Assembly: GCF_001194135.2 (NCBI RefSeq)
Contig: NC_068990.1
Coordinates: 49,213,556 to 49,254,156 of the forward strand
Source of the DNA: Octopus bimaculoides
Lineage: Eukaryota
DNA length: 40,601 nt
Reading direction: 5' to 3'
Shown: positions 25,114 to 34,769 of the stretch, one piece after another
Layout: each line of letters starts with the position of its first letter
How positions within the stretch are numbered: position 1 is the stretch's first letter
Made by a program: the position numbers and the translations under genes
The notes under the pieces: model-generated
The model's database searches: none
What the model saw: the letters and a program-made list of their open reading frames with translations, nothing else
What the model was told of the DNA's origin: nothing

Positions 25114-25449
25114 TATAGACTTGCTCAACTTTAATTATTAGAAGTTCTGACTTAATTTATTTTCTCTTTGGATATAAAATGACATACTTGCCGGCAGAAT
25201 TTCTACTGCATCAGACAAAATACTTAATGGCATTTCTTCCAGCCCTTAATATTCTGGATACCTTTTTCTAACAACCATCTCTTTATAGAGTATACTAGGT
25301 ACATTTTATTGTACCACCAGCAATAGAATATTCTGTACTTTGACAAGACTAAAGATCCCCTTGACTCCTTCTTTGCCTACTTGTCAATTACTTTACTGTG
25401 TCCTGAGCGGATTTAGAGTGGCACCAACACCAGTTGAGTTGTTTTGTAC

Positions 25450-25590
25450 CCATAAAAAGAACAAAAGTCGACTTTGCTTTCATCCATTCAAGGCTGATAA
25501 CCTAAAGTACCAGCCAAGTAGTGGGGTTGATGAAATTGACTAACACCTCCCCTCAAAATTGCAAGCCTTGTGTCTATAGCAGAAAGATAT
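25450..25590 (+). mobile_element. Second SINE-like family fragment
   Basis: aagtcgactttgctttcatcc...aagtaccag...ggggttgatgaaattgac. Confidence 0.6.
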
Positions 25591-25890
25591 AAAATGACAT
25601 AAGAAATAATAAAAAGAACTCAAGATATTTTAAAATTTAAGGTAGTGCATGAAGAACAAAAAGCCAATGAGATCATGTGAGTTATTCTTTATCTTTATAC
25701 TAGCAGAAGTACCTGACGTTGCTCAGGATTCAAATACTACAATATTTTTGATACTTAGTAAATTTCCTATGTCATAAATAATGTTAACACCAAATTGTAA
25801 CAAAATTGGTCACTTATTGTAACAAAGTTATAACAAGATTGTCGCAAATTGTAACAAAATTGGTTGCCTGATACTGCTGAAGCCAAGTGG

Positions 25891-26108
25891 TAACAGTTTG
25901 ATAAGAAGTCCTGAGAAGGGCTTTAATGCATTCTCAGATGGTGTAACAATCACAGGTGAAGTAGCCCTGTAAAGAGCTTTTTTGTCGTTCTCACTACAGT
26001 AACAATTCGATAAGAAACCCTGAAAAGGGCTGTATTGCATTCTCAGGTGGTGTAACAATTGTATGTAAAGTGGCCCTGAAAAGGGCATTTTTTTGTTCAC
26101 ACTGAAAG
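25891..26108. repeat. Two diverged 109-bp tandem units inside the Helitron
   Basis: taacagtttgataagaagtcctgagaagggc... at 25891 and taacaattcgataagaaaccctgaaaagggc... at 26000. Confidence 0.8.
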
Positions 26109-26339
26109 CAACGGAACTGTTGCTGTGAAATGTGAAACTCTGTGAAAACAGATGACAAACCTAGGTTGGACAAAGAAAAAGAAGCATGGTTGAGGAAAGT
26201 TAGTAACTTTGAAAGCATAACTACTGTAGCACTCACCACATATCAGGCCTGCAAGATTGCATTGGTGTAGTGGAGGCACCGAGGTTCACAAATTTGAAAG
26301 CAGTTGGCGCATGAAGTGCATACAACACCTCTCTGCAGA

Positions 26340-26513
26340 TCACATTTTTTGTTTTGCCATTAGGGGCAAGTATGAATAGATTTTATTTGCTTCCAACTTT
26401 GGAGCATCTGACATACAATTAGCCAAGAGAGAAATGTGGCTTGCCCTCCTTCTTTTGGCAGCAGAAGCAGACTCTGTTTTATGACCGAGGTGCATTCTTT
26501 TCTTAGGTGGCAT
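26340..26513 (-). pseudogene. Remnant N-terminus of a Helitron Rep/Hel ORF (57 aa)
   Basis: MPPKKRMHLGHKTESASAAKRRRAS... is a basic NLS-like start typical of animal Helitron ORFs (from memory). A frameshifted Cys-containing segment follows at ~26170-26300. Confidence 0.55.
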
Positions 26514-27883
26514 GGCGCTAGTATTGGACTATGTTTAAATTGTGAGTTTTAAAAAATGGGCAAAAGGGGACACTGAAAAACAAATTTGGTAGGATGTATA
26601 AAAAGTGAGCCTACTAAAAATTTTATTCAAAAAATGTGGAAGCAGGGACAGACAGTTAGCTATGTGGACACAAAGACACTGAATACAATAATTTTTAATG
26701 ACACATATGCTAAAAACTGGTATGCAGCAACAGTATGAAGGAGTTAGCTTAATTGAGTATGGGGACAACAAAAAATTTCAACAGGAAGTATGAAGTTAAA
26801 GCAATAATGTATGTCAAATGGTAGGCCTAACCTGAAAACTGAAGCACATCAAATATGCACAAAAGCGCCTCAATAATTACAATTTGACACTGGCATGATC
26901 AGGTGAACAGTGTTCCACCAATGAAATTCAGTCAAAGAATTAAATGGACAGGCTCATTACAGTGGACAATCAATAGTATTAATGCGCATAGGTTAAAGGT
27001 CATGTTCACAGTTCACCCCTTATTGGTAGAGCATTGACATAATGTTATTAAGGAAAATGGTGGTGAAAAGAGGGTATTAGGATCATAGGCAATAATGGGG
27101 TGAAGGGAAGTGAGTAAACACTGAGGACATGGTAAAAGCAGTCATTCATGCCAAATAAGAGGCTGAAGTGGGTGGGAGGCATCATGACCATAGGCAATAA
27201 TGAGGGTGGTTGAGTAAACACTAATGTACACAGATCAAATCAGCAAGGTAAAACTGCCCCACAGTCCTTGGCTTGTGAGTAAATGGCAGAAGTTGTAAGC
27301 AGAAGACTAAGTTTAATACAGTAAATTGCAAATTTGATGTGAATAATCTTGACAAAACTGTAGTTTAAAACAGTCAATTAAGCATGGGTAATATTCTTGC
27401 CAAATTTGGAGTGAATCAGTTTTGGAACTGCGGAAGTTAATCGCAAAAAACCGAATTTTACGCAGTTATTTGCAGACTGTTCTCATTCAACATGGATTAA
27501 CTTGACAGAAACATAAGTTTAAAACAATTTTTAAGGCATGAGTAATGTTTGTGCCAAATTTGGGGTGAATCGGTTGGAAAAAAACTGATTTTTTTTTGCC
27601 ATTATTTGCGAATTTTTCACAATTAACACAGATGACCTTAACAAAAATTTTAAGCAAAACAATTCATATGTCATAAGTAATGTTTGTGTCAAATTTAGAG
27701 GAAATCACTTGAAAAACCAGAGAGTTATGGGCAAAAAACTGGTTTTCTGAACAGTTATTTGTGGTTTTTGGGGCGGGGGTGTGGGTCTTGAAAATATAAA
27801 GTAGGTCATGACCACCCTTAGAGCATATGCTATCAGGATGTCAAGTTTGAGCGAAACTGGTTGAAAAATGTGGAAATGCATAA

Positions 27884-27886
<3 letters not shown>

Positions 27887-27935
<49 letters not shown>
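27887..27935. repeat. (CA)n microsatellite near the Helitron 5' end
   Basis: Direct inspection. Confidence 0.95.
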
Positions 27936-27936
<1 letters not shown>

Positions 27937-28097
27937 CTGTTTTATATATATATATAGATTAGTGAGGAATATTTTATATTAGTATCCTTACAGATATGAA
28001 AATGATGTAATTATAAAGACTTTATTTGGGGAGGTGGATGACTGATAATGATTAAATAACCCTCAAACATACAAAAAACTTTGTTTTATTTTTTGTT

Positions 28098-28783
28098 TGT
28101 AGCGAAGCGTCTCTCTCTCAGTTATGTATATGTGAATGCGGATGTAGCAGATAACATCTAGCTCCCACACTGGTTCTCTCAATACTGTTTGTGTGAATTG
28201 CCTCACCATGAAGAACAGCGAATTCAACCTGCAAGAACTCCTGTACCAAGTAACCGGCCACAGCATTGAAGCCTCAACTTCTTACATGACATGTATCTTA
28301 CTACAGCTCTGCCTTCAATGCCACAACCTCTTGGTACAGCATTTCAACCTACTGTGTACCTTAGCTACGAACTGGTATTTCTTATCCTTGTGTCTGGACG
28401 TTTAACATCCTTANNNNNNNNNNTACGAACTGGTATTTCTTATCCTTGTGTCTGGACGTTTAACATCCTTATTATAGACTGTTTTCTATGCTCTGTATCT
28501 CTTGCATTCATATACATATTTGTATACACATACTCTTTGTTTACATGACGGCCTGTCTTATATTGTGTTTTATTATGTCAAATTCACACACACACAGACA
28601 TTCTAGTTGACTACCAATAAAACCTTATTTTTATACATTTGTACCCGGTTGAGTCTCTCTCTTTTCTTGTTGGCACTTAATTCATTTTACCTTGTTCCAT
28701 CTTTTGTTATATTTGTGCTGACCGTGCGATGCGCTAAAGGAGCCGTTCCTTCGTTACCATCTCCTGGTCGCACGGTCGCTACA
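28098..28783 (+). mobile_element. Probable solo LTR
   Basis: Perfect 8-bp terminal inverted repeats TGTAGCGA...TCGCTACA; flanks tgtt/agtt (3/4 TSD match); aataaa at ~28616. Confidence 0.55.
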
Positions 28784-28789
28784 AGTTCA

Positions 28790-29190
28790 CAATGCATCAA
28801 CTTGAGCAAATGTCTTCTACTACAGTCTTGGGACAGCCAAATCCTTGTAAGTGAATTCAGCAGATGGAAAATGAAAGAAGCTTGTCATGTGTATGTGTGT
28901 GCATATGCATGCATGTGTGTGTGCATGCTTGTGTGCATGTTTATATGTTTGTGTGTATGTACCCTTGTCTTGACATCATGTCACATGATTGTAAATGAGC
29001 TTCACTGTCATACAAGTAGTTTCCAGTCCCTTATGGAAAAACATGTCCGGCCACGGGAAATATTACCTTGCTTGGAAACAAGAGAGGGTTGGTGACAGGA
29101 AGGACTTCAGGCTGTAGAATATCTGTGTCATCAAATTCTGTCTGAACAATGCAAGCATGGAAAAGTGAATGTTAAACGATGATGATGATG
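28790..29190 (+). mobile_element. SINE subfamily with RTE-type tail (head missing)
   Basis: SINE central domain, (TG)n, then gcaagcatggaaaagtgaatgttaaacgatgatgatgat. Confidence 0.75.
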
Positions 29191-29242
29191 AATGTATTTA
29201 ATCAAATTCAATTTCTGATTGTGGCTTTTCTTTAACACTATA

Positions 29243-29900
29243 CAGGGTGGCTACAAAGTCATGCACCACGGGAGCTATCAAGTATACTTTATTAGCAATG
29301 AAGTAGGTAATCCATTACAAATGTTCAAAGTGTTGGCCATGTAGCTCTAAACAAGTGTTCATACGGAATTTGAAATTGCAATGAACCCTCTCAAATAGCT
29401 CTTCATTGCTATTGACTTGTTCACACACTTCAACAATTTTTTGAAGAAGATGTCCCTAGTTATGAATCTTTTCAGAATACACGAGGGATTTAAAGTAGCC
29501 TCAGAATAAAAAGTCCATGGGAGTTAAATCTGGTGACCGTGGTTCCCATTCAATTGGCCCGTGATGCCTGAGCCATCTCCCTGGAAAATGTTCATTCAGA
29601 AAATCATGACCCTGTAATGCATTATGGTGTGGAACTCCATCCTGCTGAAACCAGACAGGATTTCCCCTTCCAAGTGAATGCATGTGAGGCATCATCTTGT
29701 TGCCAAGCATATGCAGATACAAATCACCTGTCATAGAGCCTTCAAAATAAAATGGTCCAATTACTTGATTGTGCCAAATCTTGCACCACACCATTACCTT
29801 GCCCCTGCCTTGTTGATTATCTGCCTCCATCCAGTGACCAGGCTGCAGATAGTGTGATGAAAATTTTGACACTAAATAATAAATAATTAAGTAAAATTAA
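29243..29900 (-). mobile_element. Tc1/mariner-superfamily transposase 3' fragment
   Basis: ORF 29501-29872: VMVWCKIW...IGPFYFEG...WFQQDGVPHH...WEPRSPDLTPMDFLF. TA|cagggtggctacaaagtc terminal repeat at 29243. Confidence 0.85.
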
Positions 29901-30239
29901 AAGTTTTGTGCATTTTTGAATGTTTAATATGTGTCTTCTATGTAGTTGCACAGCTTGGGGTGGGGATCCACCCTGGACAAAGCTTTTATGGGAGAAATAC
30001 TTTTGGATCTGCTATGCAAGCCTGTATAGTCTTGGGAGCCCAGAGAAGTGGGGGTAAACCCAAGGGCTGACCTGGACATGGCACTCACTCTAGTTACATT
30101 ACTCTTTCCATGCTATAATTGCTTTAGTTTCAGCACACAATCTCAGATGAAATCACTTGTCAGTCAAGTATAATTCCAAAACTTCTTCGAAAACAACTCA
30201 GTTCATAACTTTTAAGACAGTAGCCCTTAACTTTAATCT

Positions 30240-30560
30240 GACATTACTTGTTACTTAGTAACCTCCTTAATCCATCATGTTGGGGATTATCTCTGGTTTT
30301 CTTGATATTAAGCATATTAGAGACAAATTTCCTTTGGGTAGAACAATATATTGTATCCATCTCTTCATATCTAAGCACTACACTAACCACTATTCTCAGT
30401 TTTACCTCCTCAGAATGCTGGCCTTCAGGAATTCTCTCTCTGCACATGTTTTTTCTACAACTGGTAACTTGCAACTTTACAAAAAGAATGTTAACTGCTG
30501 TCCTTATACTGAACATGGGCTTGCAAAGGCCACGAGCATAGCCTTTTCCTCTTGACCAAC
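30240..30560 (-). pseudogene. Possible very old LINE C-terminal relic
   Basis: KLRIVVSVVLRYEEM...TQRKFVSNMLNIK loosely resembles the post-RT region of RTE/L2 ORF2. Weak. Confidence 0.25.
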
Positions 30561-30714
30561 ACAATAAAAAGAAAAATATAATATCGAAATTGAACTCTAC
30601 ACTGCAAACTAAGGTTCATATACACAGCCAGATGGACCTTTTTACCATTTAGTTAGAGAGGGAAAGACAGCATCCATGATCTTTTACTTTTTTTTCAGGG
30701 TGTGACTATCTAAT

Positions 30715-31130
30715 AAGATGTTTGCTTCCTAACTAGATGACTCTGAATTCAATCCCACTGTGTAGCACCTTGAGTGAGAAGTATCTTTTATTATAGCCCT
30801 GAGCCTACCAAAGCCTTGTGAGTGAAATTGGTAGATGGAAACTGAAGGAAGCCTGTTGTATATAAGTGTGTGTGTGTCTGTATGTGTGTTACTGTCACTG
30901 TCAGGCAAGTGGTGTCCTTTGTTCCCAACCTTCCAATGAAAACAAGTTTGGTTATGGGAAAATATTACTTTACTTGGAAACAGGTGAGGGTTGGTGACAG
31001 ATATGGTATCTGACAGTAGAAAATCTGCCTCATCAAAATTCCATCCACCCTATGTAAACAAGGCAAAGTGGACATGAAAATGACAATGACAATGATGACG
31101 ACAGTGACTACAGTGATGGTGGTGGTTTCT
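30715..31130 (+). mobile_element. Old SINE with RTE-type tail
   Basis: Degenerate head (ttcaatcccactgtgtagcacc), aaagccttgtgagtg...gaaactgaaggaagcc, tail gacaatgacaatgatgac. Confidence 0.7.
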
Positions 31131-31799
31131 AAGACTGGTGAGAGAAAGGGAGAAAGTTACCCTCAGAATTGGAGAAATGACCTGATCTGAATGTTTGCAA
31201 CTGAGTGAAATCTGTTAACAGCTCTCAAGAACCTGGTAGTGGTGTTAAACAAAGCAATGACTACCATTTGAGAATTCAGAATGTAAAATGCAAAATAAAA
31301 GATACCACAAGGCATCTCATCCAATGCTTTAGCAATTCCACCAATTCATTAAACTGGACTGAAAGGGTGAAAGTCAAAGTTGACCTCATATGAATTCGAA
31401 GTATTGAGGGCTAGAACAAATACTGCAGGTCATTTTGACTATGTCCATTGGTAGAATCATTAGAACATAGACTGTTATGAGAGAATCCTGTACACTGCCA
31501 CATGACTGAAAGTAGACTAAATGGATTTGAATAAATAAAGAGCTTCGTGAACTGTCAGTTGCAGTTGATAGTGTCAATCAACCATACTGGTTACTGTGTT
31601 AGTGCAACATCTGTTGCTTTAATATCATATCTACATTCGAGTAGTATGGAGTGTGTTCTGTATGAACTTAATAATTTTGTGTTAGGTTATTCTAGATAAC
31701 CACATTCCAAATGTTTATTTGGGTAATACTTTTTTTACACCCAACATTGTACATCCATGTCATAACATTGACCAAAATGAACCCTGATTTAATTTAGAG

Positions 31800-32057
31800 T
31801 AGTGGCTCTGAACCATTTTTTGCCTATGGACCCCTTTGACTCCTATTTTACTAAGGGGGAGGGACCCTCATAGTGGTTTGTTGTCGAAAACCTCCTATTA
31901 TATTTTTATAGTTAAATATCATTAGGAATTTTATAGAAAAAATGTTTAAATATTTTCTGTATTGTAGAAATATAACCAGTTTATTGCACATAAATTTTAG
32001 CAACAAAATCTTATATGGACCCCCAAGGGCTGTGTAGACCCCGGTTGAGAACCACAG
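31800..32057. mobile_element. hAT-type MITE
   Basis: TIR-like tagtggctctgaacc / ggttgagaaccacag; 8-bp TSD atttagag/atttaggg. Confidence 0.75.
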
Positions 32058-32959
32058 ATTTAGGGTTTAGTGTTTTTGTCATAGGTATAGCATAGTTCTA
32101 CTGATAAGATATGAAGCATGACTTGATCACTTAGCCACATTGGTCAGGGCTCCATCTGAAAGAAATTTGGCATGGCAGAACAAAATTATTTCCCAGCTCT
32201 GGGAAGGTAGAATCTCTCAAAATTCAATAGGCTATAAAGTTTTAGGGAGGTCTTCAGCTAATAGTTACAGGCCTTTCGTTTGCTCTTTAATGAATAAATA
32301 GAATGGACCAATGAACTGTCTGAATCTCAATTTAATAGGCCCTGAATTAGGTCTAATTTAGAGTTTAGTGTTTTCACCAGATGCATAATATAGTACTACT
32401 GGTAAGAGATGAACCACTCATCACTTGTCTGATAACACATTAACCCAGAAAGTAACACTTTCAAATGACTGAATGAATAATGAGTTACCTGCTACATAGT
32501 TTCATCAACCTGCTAAAAATAACAGCCAAACCTTCTCAAATTATAAACATTCCCGAGAGAGCATTCCTCTTTGAAATTCTCTGTTATCTTGTAATCTTCT
32601 GTAGCATTGTGTGACCTACTCTCCAAGATAGCGCTTTCTAGCAGGAGATTACTGTGGATAAGGTATAGGACATGTAAATAGAGATAAGAGGACATTTAAC
32701 TAAAAATACCTGTATCATTGATCTAAAGGTTAAAATATATGTTTGTGGACCATGATTGCTTTCATAATTTAGATCACATGTTTCCTTTGATCACTGGTAG
32801 GCCTATTCTTGATTGCAATGGAAATTAATTAGACAACCCTTGTTTATTGGATATCTTTTATCCTAGTGCTGTATCTTTTCTGTTTATAACGCAAAGTCAT
32901 GAGAGCATTAAATCTGCAGAGTCATTAGAGCATTACATAGGATGTTTTGAGGTATTTGT

Positions 32960-33060
32960 TTCAGTTCTCTGTGCCCTGAGTTCAAATCCTACTTAGATCA
33001 ACTTTGCCTTTCACTTCTTTGAAGTTGATAAATTAAGCACCACTCCATTACTGGGGGAGG
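32960..33060 (+). mobile_element. Second SINE-like family fragment
   Basis: gagttcaaatcctacttagatcaactttgcctttcac...gataaattaagcacc. Confidence 0.55.
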
Positions 33061-33623
33061 GGAGTTATTTCTTCTCTTTACCTCTCTCTGTCTGGAAGAA
33101 ATTAGGTGTGATTAGACCCAGGGAGGGAGAGGTCCATTGGGAGAGGTCCAATGTACAAAACATACCACATGTCATGACAGTATCCCTATGACTCCACAAG
33201 GAGTTGAGGATCCAAAGCAAGGCAAGACTAGATAATGCATCTCACAGTCTCTTCTATTTCTGCTGCTCTTCCAAATCCCTCTGTCTCTTTTGTTTTTTGT
33301 AATTCATATGTCTTTATTCTTCCTAACTCTTACAGTCCTTTATTCTGAGGACTATCACAAAAGAGAATTCTCTTTCCTATTAACAATGTAGAATTATACT
33401 TCTAATATAATAAATGCGAATGTCAGTGTGTCACACTTTTTCAACTTTATTACTAGATGCCATAGTCCAACATATCACACCATTTGGGAATCAGGCTGAT
33501 TCTGTGAGTGAATTAAAAACATTCTGAAATTTTAGGTTCCCAAGTTTTCATTACTGCGGTTGTTTTTGGTGATATTTTATGTGATTTTTTGCAACAAATT
33601 TTTTTGTACAATAACAATTTTTA

Positions 33624-34370
33624 CTAGCTGGACCCATGAAGACTTCACGGAAAACATAAAAAATATAAGCATCTGTAAATAGTGACTTCATTTAATAACT
33701 ATCAAATAATTATGGGCATAACTACAGATGTATACTCGCACTGAGTTTATTGCTTCATAAATTCCATAAATAATCACTCAGATCCTGTTGATTGAGTGTA
33801 TGTTAAGATTTGTTGGAAAAAATTTTTCTGAGAGGCTAGGGAGAGGAGTTTCAGAAAATTCACATGAACTGATATTTTCTGCCTCATAACTTTCAGGAAA
33901 ATTGGTATTTTTTAATGAAATTTTATACAGATATCTTTCAAACGGCATAGAATAACTGTCACAATGGCTTTATTGTATATTGTCCAAAATGAAAAGTTTT
34001 CCAGCTGTTTCTCTCTGAGAATAGCTTCATTCTCTTTCACTATCATTCTCTATCCACTCCTTTTGTTCACTCAATCTCTCTCTCTAAATGTCTTTCTCTC
34101 TTCCACCTCCTCCTCTATGTCTCCTTGTCTCTAACCTTTCTCCTGCGTTTAACGCAGTATATTTCTCTTATCTCTCAGCATTATCAATGTCCTCTCTCTC
34201 TCTCACTCCATCTTACTCCCTATTCTTTGACACTTTGCCTCTTACTTCAACTATACTTTTTCTGTTTAAGAAGTTGCATTTCTCTCTTTTTAGCTCTTCC
34301 TTTCCACTAAGTGTGACACACACCACAGGTACATATGTTCATAACTGCGAAGGTATTAGCATATTAACGT
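33624..34370 (-). mobile_element. Helitron 3' terminus, probably a nested minus-strand Helitron; right edge uncertain
   Basis: Minus strand: ccgtgaag-t-cttcatgg hairpin, gtccag, CTAG|T at 33624. gtgtgtcacactt motif at ~34310 mirrors the one at ~33426. Confidence 0.5.
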
Positions 34371-34769
34371 AACAAGTTTTATAACTTGGAAATAAATTTG
34401 GGAATAATTTAAATAAATTGTGAAATCTAGCAAAAGTCACCCATGAAATAGAAATAATTATTTGTATGGAAAGTAAGGGCCTACATACATCAAATTGTCT
34501 TTAGATTAAGTGGTGGCAGACAAATTATCGTTGAACTTTTAAAAGGTAGGCTTAAATATTAATGTAATACTTAAATGCAGTGATCAGTTCTTCTGTAGTT
34601 TATTGTTGCCTATCACATACAGCAGTAGTATGCCTCATAAAAATAAATATCTGCCAACAGAAGACCAGATTGCAATCAAAAGAGCCAAGGCTGCAGCGAG
34701 GAAAAGAAAGTCTAGTGCAAATGAAAACCCAGATCAAACGGCAGCCAGGAGAGCTTCCAATGCTGAGAA

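Larger units (their letters stand above)
25700..27958 (-). mobile_element. Non-autonomous Helitron (~2.26 kb)
   Basis: Minus strand begins A|TCTATATATATATAAAAC at 27958 and ends cctga-gcaacg-tcagg (hairpin)-tacttctg-CTAG|T at 25700, i.e. the canonical 5'-TC, 3'-hairpin+CTRR and A|T target. Confidence 0.85.

Noticed and set aside
25828-26279. CRISPR-like or coding repeat array
   Set aside because: Only two diverged 109-bp units with no unique spacers, inside a eukaryotic Helitron.
28366-28471. 48-bp direct repeat
   Set aside because: The two copies flank a 10-N gap exactly; assembly overlap.
28607-29095. 162-aa membrane-like ORF
   Set aside because: It reads through an LTR end, a SINE and a (TG)n tract; a chance ORF.
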